Source: Planctomycetota bacterium (GTDB lineage Bacteria; Planctomycetota; UBA8108; SXIK01). Taken from it: a stretch of 64,000 nt of DNA. Below the pieces are notes generated by a model. That model made no database searches, was not told where the DNA came from, and was given only the letters and a program-made list of their open reading frames with translations. Made by a program: the position numbers and the translations under genes. The stretch covers positions 6,880,001 through 6,944,000 of the forward strand of contig CBDCXR010000004.1 of assembly GCA_965223845.1 (NCBI GenBank). The letters are read 5' to 3'. Below are positions 9,347 through 19,703 of the stretch, piece by piece (the first letter of the stretch is position 1; every line of letters starts with the position of its first letter).

Positions 9347-12300
9347 ATGTCGACCATTCCTGAAGGGGCACGGCTTTCTGCGCCGACTCCGAGGCGGCGC
9401 GTTCTCGCCGCTGCGCTCGTTCTTGCGTGGACCGCGACGAACACGATCGGCGCGAGCGAGTTCGACGTCGTCATCAGCGAGATCCACTACCATCCCTTCG
9501 GGCCGTCCGATCCGACCGGAGAGTTCATCGAGCTCTACAACAGCGGATTGAGCGCAGTCGCGATGGCCGGTTGGCGGTTCGTCTCCGGGGTGGACTTCGA
9601 GTTCCCCGAATCGGCTTCGCTCGCACCCGGCGAGTACGCGGTCGTCGCGGCTACGGTCGGTCGGGTCGATGTCGAAGCCGGCGTGCAGGTCTTCGGGCCC
9701 TACGCGGGTCGACTCGACAACGACGGCGAGACGCTCATCCTCGCCGACGCGGCCGGTCGCGAAATCTCGCGCGTTCACTATCGCGACGGTCCGCCGTGGT
9801 CGGTGGCCGCCGACGGCGCGGGTCCGAGCCTCGAGCGCGCGCTCGCGCCGCGCGAGATTCACGCCGGTAGCGACGCGGATCGCGCACAAGTATGGCGCGC
9901 GAGCCGCGAACTCGGCGGCACGCCGGGACGAGCGAACACGCGATCGAGTGCCGAGCTCCCCTTTCCACCGGATCGACCCGCGCTTCAAATCGTCGAAGTC
10001 GCCGTCGGTGCCGACGGCTTCGTCGAGCTCCTCCATCGATCGGGCTCAACGATCGACGTGAGCGGCTACTCCATCGTGAACGGCGCCGGTCAGCGCGCGA
10101 CGATCGCGGCGGGGACCGTCGCACCTCCCGGAGATCCGCTCGCATTCGACGCGGATCGTCTCGGCTTCGCGCCGGCGCTCGACACCGAGTACATTTTGTT
10201 CTCCGAGAGTGGCGAGTGGGTGGATACGTTCGCCGCCGCCGACGTTCCACCCGGGCGAAGCATCGGCCGCATCGCGCTTCCGGCCGGACTCGAGACCGGG
10301 CGTGACGAGATCCTCCCGCTTCTTCCTTCTCCGGGAGTCGAGAACCGGCTCGAGTTCAGTGGCGCTCCGGTCGTCGTTCACGAAGTCTTCTACGGTGCGG
10401 CGTACGAAGAGCCCGCCGGCGACTGCATCGACGAGTGCGAGGACCGACGGCAGTGGATCGAGCTTCACAATCCGGCCGCCGCTGCCGCTGTGCTCACGGG
10501 CTGGAGCCTCACGGGTGGGATCGACTTCGACTTCCCCGCCGACGCGTCGATCGCCGCGGGCGGGTACCTCGTCGTCTGCGCGTCGCTCGAGGACTTCGCG
10601 GCTGAGTATCCCGAGGTCGAGAACGTCGTCGGCGATTGGGACGGGCGCCTCGGTCACCGCAGCGATCGCATCGTCCTTCGTGACGCGCTCGGGATTCCCG
10701 CCGACACCGTCCGCTACGGGAGCGGCCGGCCGGGGAACGATCTCGATCCGGACGACGGAGTCGACGACGGAACCGTGCGCCTCAGCGCGTGGCCGCCCGA
10801 CATCGACGGCAGCGACCGTTCGATCGAGCTGGTGCACCCGCGGCTCGAGAACGCGAGCGGCGATGCGTGGCGAGCCGGCGAGGTCGGTGGAACGCCTGGT
10901 GCAGCGAACGGAACTGCGGAAGAAGCGCCGCTCGCGGTCGTTTTCGACGTGACGCACGTCCCTCCAGTTCCCGACGCGATGACGCCGGTGCGCGTTGAAT
11001 GCGCGGTCGATGGCGTGACCGCGATCGACTCGGTCGCGATCGAGTGGAAGATCGACGGCGCGGAGGGGGAAGCGAGCGTCGCCGCCGCCGAGCCGATCCC
11101 CGGAACGGTCGGCCCGGCCGAGGCACGGCGGTACACGGCCGAGATTCCGCCGCAGGCGAGCGGGAGCGTCGTCTCGATCCGAATCGTGGTTCGATCGGGC
11201 GATGTCGACGCGTCGTACCCCCTCGCGCCGCCCGCGGCGGAGTCGGCGCCGGCGTTTCTCTACGCGGTCGACGATGCTCCGCCGCTCGCGAACGGAGCGG
11301 CCGACTACCGCATCATCCTCACGGCGGCGGATCTCGAGCGACTCCGGTCGCGCGACGTACAGTCGAACGTCCTTCTCCACGGTACGTTCATCGGTGACGG
11401 CGCGGTCCATCACCTCGTCGGCGTTCGCTACCGCGGTGAGAACTCGCGCAACCGCCGGCGGAAGTCGTACCGCGTCGCCTTCCCGCCCGAGCGTCCGTTC
11501 CAGGGCATCGAGCGCCTCAACTTGAACGCGGGCCACCCGAGCGAAGACGTCCCGGACACTCAACTGCGCGAATACCTCTCGCTCGATCTCTTCCGGCGGG
11601 CAGGGTTGCCGGCGTCGCAAGCCTGGCCCGTCAACCTCTACTTCCCCGGCGGCGTCGAAAACGATCTCCCGGGTCGAGACGGCGTCAACCCGTTCTACGT
11701 TCGGAAAGAGGCTTTCGATCGCAATTTTCTCCGCCGGTACTACGAAGGGGCGACGGGCGGGAATCTCTACCGTGCGCGCGATCCCGCCGGACGAGGAAGC
11801 GGCGATCTCAGCTTCCGCAGTCTCGATCCCCTCGACTACGTGCCGTTCTACGAAAAGGAAACGCGGCGCGATGCCGCCGACTACTCCGACCTGGTCGAGC
11901 TCGCGCGGGTGTTCAGTCCCGGACAGACGCCGGACTCGATCTTCGAGGCGGAGCTGCATCGGGTGCTCGACGTCGAACAGTGGGCGAGATTCTTTGCGGT
12001 GCAGGCCTTTCTCACGAACGTCGACGGTGGCATCCATACGAACAACGGCGAAGACTACGCGCTCTATCACTTTGCCGAGTTCGACCGCCACGAGAACGCC
12101 GGTCGATGGGTGATTCTTCCCTGGGACCTCGAAGAGACGTTTCGATCGTCCGACGAGCGGCTCTTCCGGCCGACCGTCGCCGCGATCGAGCGATTCCTTT
12201 CCCATCCCGGTGTGGCCCCACTCTACCTCGGGGCGGTCGAGGACCTGCGCGAGCGCGCGGCGGCGAGTACGGAGTTTGCGAAGCGGAGCGAAGATTACTC

Positions 12301-14656
12301 GATCTACGCGGAGATCGGAGCCGGGGCCGAGACCCGCCGATTGCGCGACCGGACGCGCGACCGCGCGGAGTGGATCCGACAGCGGATCGTCCGGGAGCTC
12401 AGCTTGGGAATCACGGGGAGCGCACTCGTCGGCGATTCGAACTTCGTGCCCTCCGGCGCGCTCTGGCGCTACTTCCCCGGCACGGCGGAGCCGAGCGAGG
12501 TTCCGCTCGACTGGACGACACTCGAGTTCTCCGCCGAGAGCTGGCTCGAGGGCGCCGGTGGATTTGGGTACGGCGATGACGACGACCAGACCATCCTCGA
12601 TGACATGGAGAACTCGTACTCGAGTCTCTACATCCGGCGCGAGTTTACGCTGAGCGGACTCGAGAACTTTCGGCGGCTCGTGCTCACGATGGACTACGAC
12701 GACGCCTACGTCGCTTATCTGAACGGCGTCGAGATCGCTCGGAGTGCGAACCTCGACGGGTTCGGCGAACCGGGCGAGCCGCTCCCTTACGATCTGATCC
12801 TCGGGAACGACATCAACCACGAAGCATCGGCCGGATCGGGCGATCCGCCGGAGAGGGTCGTGTTCGACAACGTCACCGACATCGTCCGAGAAGGGGAGAA
12901 CGTTCTCGCGGTCCACGCGCTCAACTCGACCATCGATTCGAGCGACTTCACGATCATCGCTTCCCTCCGCGGTGTCGAGAACGTCGAAAACATCCGCATC
13001 GGGTGGAGCGATCCACTGGTTACGACGCACGAATCGGTCACGCTCTCGGGCCTGGCGGATCCGGTGAACGCACGGTCGGTGACGATCGGCGGAGCGCTGG
13101 CGCGCACGGAATCAGTGCCGCCGGCGGGTGACACGCCGTACGCGATCCGCTGGTCCGCCGAGGTCGAGCTCGCCGTCGGAACGAACGAGGTGGCGATCGA
13201 GATGTGGACCGGGCCGGTGGGGGACGGGGAGAGGCTCGAGCGCCGCGATGTTCGCATCACTCGCGTCGCGGACGTGCCGCGCCGCGTCGGGGGTGCGCTC
13301 ACCGGGGATGTCGCGTGGACGGCCGACGACGGGCCGTACCTCGTCGACGAAACGATCGTCGTCGAGGCGGGGGCGTCGCTCGCGATCGGACCCGGAACGG
13401 AGGTCTACTTCGGGCGCTCGGCGAGCGTCGTCGCGACGGGTCGCTTGGAGATCCGCGGAACGGCAGAAGAGCCCGTCGTCCTGCGACCGCAAGAGTTCGG
13501 GCGACGCTGGGAGGGAATCGCAGTCCGCGATTCCGGCATCGAGCCCGAGGCGATCACGCACACCATCGAGCATGTCGATTTGCGTCTAGCGAGCGGCGCG
13601 CTCGGAGCGAACGCGGCGGTCGAGGTTCGGAATGCGAAGCTCACCGTGTCGAGCTCGCGCTTCAGCGATCTCAGCCGACTCGCGATCGAGGGCATCGACT
13701 CAGTGATCGACATCGATGCCACGCGCTTCGAACGAACCGACGGCGCGATTTCTACGCTCGGGACGACGCTCCGCGTGCGCGACTCTCAGTTCGTCGACAC
13801 GCCCCATGCGTTCGCGGCGATCGCGATCGACGGTGACGGCCCCGAACCATCCGCGATCGAGAACTGCGACCTGCTCGCCGGTTGGGACGGCATCGTCGCT
13901 CGCGCCTCATCCGTTCGGATCGAGTCGAATCGTATCGCGGACTTTTGCTCCGAAGGGATTGCGCTCGAAAGCGTCGGTGCGCTCGGGTTGCCCGTGGTCC
14001 GCGGCAACGAGCTCATCCGCTGCGCCACTGCGATCGCGATCGATGCGATCGACGGACTCGCCGCGCACCACAACTCGATCGTGAGCTCGGCCTGCGCCCT
14101 GCGACTGATCGATTCGCGGGGGGAACAGGACCCCCCGGCGTACGTTTTCGTGCTGCACAGCTCGATTCTCTGGAGCGTCGAGCAGGCGATTTGCGTCGGA
14201 GGCCGCTGGGCCGTAGCGATCGATCACTCTCTCCTCGACGGGACGGATCTGTGGCCAGGACAGAACATCCTCCGCGAGGATCCGCGCTTCGTCGAATTCG
14301 GCGCTGACAACTTGGCGCTAGCCGGCGACTCTCCGTGCCGACGAGCAGGGCGCGACGGGAGCGATATGGGAGCGACGGGGGTCGGTGGTCCGCCCCCGCC
14401 GGTCACGTTTGTTCGCGGCGATGCCAACGCGGACAGTCGAGTGAACATCGCCGACGCCATCGCGATCCTCGAGCACCTCTTTCAGGACTTCGGACCGCTT
14501 GCGTGCCAGAAGACGGGCGATGCGAACGACGATGGCGGGGTGAACATCGCCGACGCGATCTCGCTGCTCAATTTTCTCTTCCTGAACGACGATCCGCCGC
14601 CGCCGCCGTTCCCGGAGCCGGGCGAGGATCCGACTCCGGACGAGCTCGATTGTTGA
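9347..14656 (+). CDS. Large exported protein: lamin-tail domains, CotH kinase, jelly-roll/PA14-like domain, right-handed beta-helix, dockerin-like C-terminal tail
   Basis: VVISEIHYHP..GEFIELYN and VVVHEVFY..QWIELHN (LTD); GVRYRGENSR and ILPWDLEETF (CotH); DYDDAYVAYLNGVEIARS; C-terminal FVRGDANADSRVNIADAI..GDANDDGGVNIADAI. Confidence 0.85.
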   Translation: MSTIPEGARLSAPTPRRRVLAAALVLAWTATNTIGASEFDVVISEIHYHPFGPSDPTGEFIELYNSGLSAVAMAGWRFVSGVDFEFPESASLAPGEYAVVAATVGRVDVEAGVQVFGPYAGRLDNDGETLILADAAGREISRVHYRDGPPWSVAADGAGPSLERALAPREIHAGSDADRAQVWRASRELGGTPGRANTRSSAELPFPPDRPALQIVEVAVGADGFVELLHRSGSTIDVSGYSIVNGAGQRATIAAGTVAPPGDPLAFDADRLGFAPALDTEYILFSESGEWVDTFAAADVPPGRSIGRIALPAGLETGRDEILPLLPSPGVENRLEFSGAPVVVHEVFYGAAYEEPAGDCIDECEDRRQWIELHNPAAAAAVLTGWSLTGGIDFDFPADASIAAGGYLVVCASLEDFAAEYPEVENVVGDWDGRLGHRSDRIVLRDALGIPADTVRYGSGRPGNDLDPDDGVDDGTVRLSAWPPDIDGSDRSIELVHPRLENASGDAWRAGEVGGTPGAANGTAEEAPLAVVFDVTHVPPVPDAMTPVRVECAVDGVTAIDSVAIEWKIDGAEGEASVAAAEPIPGTVGPAEARRYTAEIPPQASGSVVSIRIVVRSGDVDASYPLAPPAAESAPAFLYAVDDAPPLANGAADYRIILTAADLERLRSRDVQSNVLLHGTFIGDGAVHHLVGVRYRGENSRNRRRKSYRVAFPPERPFQGIERLNLNAGHPSEDVPDTQLREYLSLDLFRRAGLPASQAWPVNLYFPGGVENDLPGRDGVNPFYVRKEAFDRNFLRRYYEGATGGNLYRARDPAGRGSGDLSFRSLDPLDYVPFYEKETRRDAADYSDLVELARVFSPGQTPDSIFEAELHRVLDVEQWARFFAVQAFLTNVDGGIHTNNGEDYALYHFAEFDRHENAGRWVILPWDLEETFRSSDERLFRPTVAAIERFLSHPGVAPLYLGAVEDLRERAAASTEFAKRSEDYSIYAEIGAGAETRRLRDRTRDRAEWIRQRIVRELSLGITGSALVGDSNFVPSGALWRYFPGTAEPSEVPLDWTTLEFSAESWLEGAGGFGYGDDDDQTILDDMENSYSSLYIRREFTLSGLENFRRLVLTMDYDDAYVAYLNGVEIARSANLDGFGEPGEPLPYDLILGNDINHEASAGSGDPPERVVFDNVTDIVREGENVLAVHALNSTIDSSDFTIIASLRGVENVENIRIGWSDPLVTTHESVTLSGLADPVNARSVTIGGALARTESVPPAGDTPYAIRWSAEVELAVGTNEVAIEMWTGPVGDGERLERRDVRITRVADVPRRVGGALTGDVAWTADDGPYLVDETIVVEAGASLAIGPGTEVYFGRSASVVATGRLEIRGTAEEPVVLRPQEFGRRWEGIAVRDSGIEPEAITHTIEHVDLRLASGALGANAAVEVRNAKLTVSSSRFSDLSRLAIEGIDSVIDIDATRFERTDGAISTLGTTLRVRDSQFVDTPHAFAAIAIDGDGPEPSAIENCDLLAGWDGIVARASSVRIESNRIADFCSEGIALESVGALGLPVVRGNELIRCATAIAIDAIDGLAAHHNSIVSSACALRLIDSRGEQDPPAYVFVLHSSILWSVEQAICVGGRWAVAIDHSLLDGTDLWPGQNILREDPRFVEFGADNLALAGDSPCRRAGRDGSDMGATGVGGPPPPVTFVRGDANADSRVNIADAIAILEHLFQDFGPLACQKTGDANDDGGVNIADAISLLNFLFLNDDPPPPPFPEPGEDPTPDELDC

Positions 14657-14752
14657 ACCGCTCGCGCGGCCCAACCCGGCGCGAGGTTCAGGCGAAGCGG
14701 AAGAAACCGAGAGGCGGAATTCGTTCGCCTCGAGAACGCTAGAGAGAAGCCG

Positions 14753-14983
14753 ATGGCGATGCGAAAGAAGCGCGGGAAGCGCGATATCGAGAAGGACTAT
14801 CCGCGGCGTCAACTCATCGTAAAGCTCCGCCGATTGGCGCAGTGCCTCGAAGACGGGACACGGTTTCGGATTCAGGTGGCGGGCGAGCGAGTGTCGGTTC
14901 CTCCGAACGCCACGATCAATCTCGAGCACGAGCGGAGCTCGTCGGAGGAAGAGATCGAGTTTCAGCTTCGCTGGGAGCTCTGA
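14753..14983 (+). CDS. Amphi-Trp domain-containing protein
   Basis: 76 aa; KLRRLAQCLE..FRIQVAGERVSVP..LEHE..EIEFQLRW matches the family pattern with a C-terminal Trp. Confidence 0.8.
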   Translation: MAMRKKRGKRDIEKDYPRRQLIVKLRRLAQCLEDGTRFRIQVAGERVSVPPNATINLEHERSSSEEEIEFQLRWEL

Positions 14984-15180
14984 TCTTCCGGCCGAACGCC
15001 CGAACGGCTCGTGAACGTTCCGCTGCTCTCGACTCCAGCCGTTTGCCCGTCGGTCCGTGCTGAGTAAGCGTCCGTTGACTTCGCCGAGGTCGACGGCGAC
15101 CCTGAATGGGCGTGGCGGCTGCCGCGGTCGACGCCGAATGCGCGGGCGAGTCGCTTCCGAATCCCTTCGAAGGTGATTCC

Positions 15181-16557
15181 ATGAAGATCTCGAGGCGGAG
15201 ATTCCTCCGGGCCAACGGAGCCGTGCTCACGCTGCCGTTTCTGCCGTCGCTCGCACCTCGTCTCGACGGGGCGGGATTCGCTCGCTCGGGCGAGAACCGC
15301 CCGGACAAGAAGCTCGTCGTCATCTACATCCCGAACGGGATCGTTCGCCGCTGCTTCTTTCCCGGTGAAGAGAACGCCCAGCTTCCGGGATTCGTCGGCG
15401 GGTTCGACGCCGATAAGTTCAAGGACGAGAAGCGAGTCCGAAACGATCCGGGCGTTTATCCGCTCGAGCTCACATCGACGATGCGTCCGCTCGCGGATTA
15501 CACCGGCGATGTCACGCTCGTCACCGGCCTCGACCGGAGCTTCAAGCACGGCCAGGACGTGCACGCCCAAGGCGCGTCGTGCTACTTGACGAGTCTCTCG
15601 CCGGTTGAAGCCTCCGAGCGAGGAATCCGACATCCAAACGGCCGCAGCCTCGACCAGGTGATCGGCGATGCGATCGGCGGCTCGACGGTGTTCCGCACGC
15701 TCGAGATCAGCTGTAACGGCTTCAAGGCGGGGAAGGAGTCGATCTATTTCGACAACATCTCGTGGTACGGACCAGGGCGCATCGCACCGTCGATCAAGGA
15801 TCCGAAGAAGCTCTACCATCGCCTCTTCATGGCCGATGGCTACCGAAAGCACGTGAGCGACGTCACCGAGCTCATGCTCGAGGACGCGCGGTCTCTCGCC
15901 GGAAAGCTCGGCCGCGATGACCGCCGCAAGCTCGACGAGTTCATGAGCATGGTGCGCGAGATCGAGGTTCGGATCGCGAAGCTCGAGAAGAAGATCGCGG
16001 ACGCTGGAATCGAGCAGCCGACCGACGCGGTCTTGCCGCGCGGCGAGTACATCCGTCTGCAGGCCGACCTCATGCTCCTCGCCCTGCAGATGGGAATCAC
16101 GAACATCTGCACCTTCATGATCGGCCCAGAACGGTGGGACGCGACGCTCCTCTACGAAGGAGTGTTCCCGAAGCCGGTCCAGCACCACAACATGACCCAC
16201 AATCAGAAGGGCGATGGATACAAGGAACTCCAGAAGATCGACATCTTCCACATGGAGCAGTTTGCCTACATTCTCTCGCGGATGAAGGCGATCAAGGAAT
16301 CGGATGGCTCGAGCCTCCTCGACAACTCGCTCGTCACCTACGGTGCCGGTCTCGGTGACGGTGCAACGCATCAGTACTTCGATCTGCCGATGATCCTCGC
16401 CGGTCGCGGACAGGGACAGATCAAGCAGGGCCGCTTCGTGAAGTGCAGAAGCGGCACGCTCAATTCGAACCTGTGGCTTACGCTCGCGAAGCTCATGGGG
16501 CTCGAGATCGATCGATTCGCGGACAGCTCGGGCGTCCTCTCTGATCTTTGGACGTGA
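15181..16557 (+). CDS. DUF1552 (HXXSHH-type) Tat-exported protein
   Basis: Twin-arginine MKISRRRFLR..LTLPFLPSL; YIPNG, SLDQVI, DRRKLDEF, HHNMTH, LLDNSLVTYG, LPMILAG. Confidence 0.88.
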   Translation: MKISRRRFLRANGAVLTLPFLPSLAPRLDGAGFARSGENRPDKKLVVIYIPNGIVRRCFFPGEENAQLPGFVGGFDADKFKDEKRVRNDPGVYPLELTSTMRPLADYTGDVTLVTGLDRSFKHGQDVHAQGASCYLTSLSPVEASERGIRHPNGRSLDQVIGDAIGGSTVFRTLEISCNGFKAGKESIYFDNISWYGPGRIAPSIKDPKKLYHRLFMADGYRKHVSDVTELMLEDARSLAGKLGRDDRRKLDEFMSMVREIEVRIAKLEKKIADAGIEQPTDAVLPRGEYIRLQADLMLLALQMGITNICTFMIGPERWDATLLYEGVFPKPVQHHNMTHNQKGDGYKELQKIDIFHMEQFAYILSRMKAIKESDGSSLLDNSLVTYGAGLGDGATHQYFDLPMILAGRGQGQIKQGRFVKCRSGTLNSNLWLTLAKLMGLEIDRFADSSGVLSDLWT

Positions 16558-16564
16558 GGAGCGG

Positions 16565-19450
16565 ATGTCTTCGTCGCGTATCTTCCCGCAGTGCTGCTTC
16601 GCGTTCGTGCTCGCGGTCGCCGGCGCCGACGCTCGCGCGGACGCCGTCTTCGACGAGTTCGTGAAACCGCTTTTCGCCGCCAACTGCACGAAGTGCCACG
16701 GGACGAAGCGGACGAAAGGCGAGATCAACCTCGAAGAGATTCGGACGCGCGGCGATCTCCTCTCCCGGCCGCGTCTCATTCGAGACATCATCGAGGTGAT
16801 CGACGCCGCGGACATGCCGCCCGAAAGCGAACCCGGACTGAGTGAGGCGGAGCGCGCCCGGCTTCTTCTCGGTCTGAAGAGCCTGCTGCGCGAATCGGCC
16901 ACCGGAGAATCGGGTGGCGATGCGCCCCTCCGGCGCCTCAATCGGTTTCAGTACAACAACGCGGTCCGGGATCTGTTCGACCTCAAAAGGGAAGTGTTTC
17001 GCCTTCCGGAGAAACTCCTCACGCGGCACGACGCTGCGTATCTGACATCCGATCGCATGCCGGATCGCGTCGACGCTGAGTGTCGCTCCTTGCGAAGCGA
17101 AGGTGGGCTTCGCGGCGTGAGCGCGTATCCGAAGGACCTTCGCGCGGCGCACGGGTTCGACAATCAAGCGGATCAGCTCACGCTATCGCCGCTCCTCCTC
17201 GATGCGTTTCTGAGACTCAGCGTCTCGATCGTCGAGAGCCCGGATTTCCACGCGGATTCGGTCGGCGCCTGGGACGATCTCTTCGCCGCTCCGGCCGGCG
17301 GCGTCGAGCCGGACGCGGAATTCTCGCGACGCCTGGCGCGCTTTCTTCGCCGAGCGTTTCGCCGGCCCGTCGAACCCGCCGTGCTCGAGCGTTACACCGC
17401 CTACGTCCGCGCGAAGCTCGCCGAGGGACTTTCATTCACCGAGAGCATGAAGAGGCTCGCGTCGGCGGTGCTGTCGTCGCCCCTCTTTCTCTATCGATAC
17501 GAGGCGGGAGCTCCGGGCGAAGACGCCTTCGCGTTCGCGTCCGATCTGTCATTCCTTCTCTGGGGCAGTGGACCGGACGACGAGCTCTTGCGGCTCGCCG
17601 AATCGGGCGAGCTGCTGCAGCCGTCGACCGTGCGAGAATCGTTTGAGCGGATGCTCGCCGATCCGAAGATCGAGCGTTTCCTCGACGCATTTCCCGCGCA
17701 ATGGATGCAGCTCGAGAACGTCCTCGCGGCGACGCCGGATCCGCGGAAGAACCGTTTGTTCAGCCTCGACAAGAGCTATCCGGCCAGCCTTCAAATGGTC
17801 GTCGAGCCTCTTCTACTCTTCGATGCGGTGTTCGTCGAGAATCGGCCGATCGTCGAGCTCATAGCGCCGTCCTTCAGCTACCGAAGCGATTTCCTGAAGA
17901 CCTGGTACGGCTCCGATCTCGCCCCACCGCCGCTCGACCTCGCGGCGATCGAGGTAGAGAATCTTGCCCGAGTGGAGCGGCGACGCGAACTCGAGGGGAA
18001 GGTCGCCGCGATCCGCGCCGAGATCGCGGCGCTCGACCAGTCGTTCCCGGGTCGCATCGCCGCGGCGCTCGGGGCGTTGGACGTCGAGAAGGGGCAGGCG
18101 AAATGGGAATCGACACAGCGGCGGATCCTCGCCGAGCGCGTCACCTTCTCTACGTGGCATCGCATCGGTCCGTTCGGCGCGGGCAGCCTCGAGGAGGCGC
18201 ACCGGAAGGCGTTCATCGACGAGGGGAGGGTCGATCTCGAGCGACGCTACGAAGGCCGCGAGTGGATCGAGACGAGCGCGTTCGTCGACGGGAAAGTGCA
18301 TTCGCTCCCCGGTGCGAACTGCGCGACGTATCTCTACCGTAAGATCGAGTCGCCCACCGATCGACCCCTCCGGATTGCGATCGGAAGCGACGACAGCTTC
18401 AAGCTCTGGCTCAACGGCCAGCTCGCGGTCGATGAATACGTGTCTCGGGGCGTAGCACCGAATCAGAACCGACTGCGCCTCGAGCTGAGGAAAGGCGAAA
18501 ACACGCTTCTCATGAAGGTCTCGAACGGAGGTGGCGGGTACGGATTCTATTTTAGCGGCGAATCGACGACGCTGCCTTTCGCCGTGCTCGCGGCGCTCAA
18601 GATGCGACCGGAGGCGCGGACCGAAGCCGAGAGCGCGGCACTCGCCGAGCATTACCACTCGGTCGCACCGGAGCTCGAACCCCTTCGAGCGCGGTACGCG
18701 AAGGACAAGACGGAGCTCGAGGGGAGACTCGCGCGAGCGCAGGAACAGGTGAAGCAGGCGCCGAAGCCCGAGGATCTGAACCAGCGCCGGAAGCGAGCAC
18801 AAAGGCGCTTCGATGACGAGATGCGCGAGCGGCTCCGATCACGAACGTTCGAGCGCGTCCCGGCCGAGGACCCGCGCTTCGGCGGCGTCATTACCAACGC
18901 GGCGATGCTCAGCATGACGTCGGGTCCGAAACGGACGCATCCCATAGCGCGCGGCGCCTGGTTGATCGAGGTCGTGTTCAACGATCCTCCGCCGCCGCCC
19001 CCGAACGACGTCCCGCCGCTCAACGAAGAGGACGAGAGGGACGAACTGACGATCCGGGAGAGATTTGCGCAGCACCGGGAGAACCCCGACTGCGCGGGTT
19101 GCCACTCGCGGCTCGATCCCCTCGGTTTCGCGCTCGAGAACTACGACCTCACGGGGAGATGGCGGGATGTCTACGAGAACGGAAGAGACGTGGACGCGAG
19201 CGGGAAGATTCTGCGACGGCACGAGTTTGACGGCGCCGTTCAGTTCAAGGCCGCGCTCGTCAAGGAGGAGCGGCGCTTCGCGAGGGCGTTCACGGGGCAT
19301 CTCCTTCGCTTCGCACTCGCGCGGGAGCTTGCCCCCGCCGATTCGATCGCGGTCGACGAGATCGTGGAGAAGGCGGCGAAGAACGGATACCGACTGAGGT
19401 CCCTCCTGCAAGAGGTCGTCTTGAGCGATCGATTTCGGCGAGCGCGCTGA
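16565..19450 (+). CDS. Planctomycete cytochrome c / DUF1587-1595-1592-1588-1585 multidomain protein with internal insertion
   Basis: Signal peptide; CTKCH...MPP; LRRLNRFQYNNAVRDL; RRAFRRP; LSFLLWGSGPDDEL; THPIARG..PPPPP; CAGCH..DPLGFALENYD. Confidence 0.9.
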   Translation: MSSSRIFPQCCFAFVLAVAGADARADAVFDEFVKPLFAANCTKCHGTKRTKGEINLEEIRTRGDLLSRPRLIRDIIEVIDAADMPPESEPGLSEAERARLLLGLKSLLRESATGESGGDAPLRRLNRFQYNNAVRDLFDLKREVFRLPEKLLTRHDAAYLTSDRMPDRVDAECRSLRSEGGLRGVSAYPKDLRAAHGFDNQADQLTLSPLLLDAFLRLSVSIVESPDFHADSVGAWDDLFAAPAGGVEPDAEFSRRLARFLRRAFRRPVEPAVLERYTAYVRAKLAEGLSFTESMKRLASAVLSSPLFLYRYEAGAPGEDAFAFASDLSFLLWGSGPDDELLRLAESGELLQPSTVRESFERMLADPKIERFLDAFPAQWMQLENVLAATPDPRKNRLFSLDKSYPASLQMVVEPLLLFDAVFVENRPIVELIAPSFSYRSDFLKTWYGSDLAPPPLDLAAIEVENLARVERRRELEGKVAAIRAEIAALDQSFPGRIAAALGALDVEKGQAKWESTQRRILAERVTFSTWHRIGPFGAGSLEEAHRKAFIDEGRVDLERRYEGREWIETSAFVDGKVHSLPGANCATYLYRKIESPTDRPLRIAIGSDDSFKLWLNGQLAVDEYVSRGVAPNQNRLRLELRKGENTLLMKVSNGGGGYGFYFSGESTTLPFAVLAALKMRPEARTEAESAALAEHYHSVAPELEPLRARYAKDKTELEGRLARAQEQVKQAPKPEDLNQRRKRAQRRFDDEMRERLRSRTFERVPAEDPRFGGVITNAAMLSMTSGPKRTHPIARGAWLIEVVFNDPPPPPPNDVPPLNEEDERDELTIRERFAQHRENPDCAGCHSRLDPLGFALENYDLTGRWRDVYENGRDVDASGKILRRHEFDGAVQFKAALVKEERRFARAFTGHLLRFALARELAPADSIAVDEIVEKAAKNGYRLRSLLQEVVLSDRFRRAR

Positions 19451-19703
19451 GTCGCGAGCGAACGCCGCTGCCTCGATTCGACGACTCACCCGCGTCGGTC
19501 GAGCGCGGCCCGGGCTCCTCCCCGCGCTGCGCTCCGTGCCGGTGAGCCGGGCGAATCGGAGAGCCACCCCGCTCGCCGGAGCGGGAGGAAAGCGTGGTCG
19601 ATTGCGTTCGCGGCGGGCGCCGGTCGCCCCCCCTTTTGCGTTTCTTCGTGATTTTCCGTCCGGTCGGGCGCGGCGGCGGCGGCTCGATGGGTGAGGCTCA
19701 CGA

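Noticed and set aside
10046-13030. 994-aa minus-strand ORF and many other long overlapping ORFs (e.g. 14962-16941, 19698-21548, 31810-33384)
   Set aside because: Shadow frames of well-supported genes in high-GC DNA; Arg-rich and without family motifs.
19612-19640. Intrinsic terminator after the DUF1592 gene
   Set aside because: The stem is imperfect, with only a four-T tract; too weak to call.
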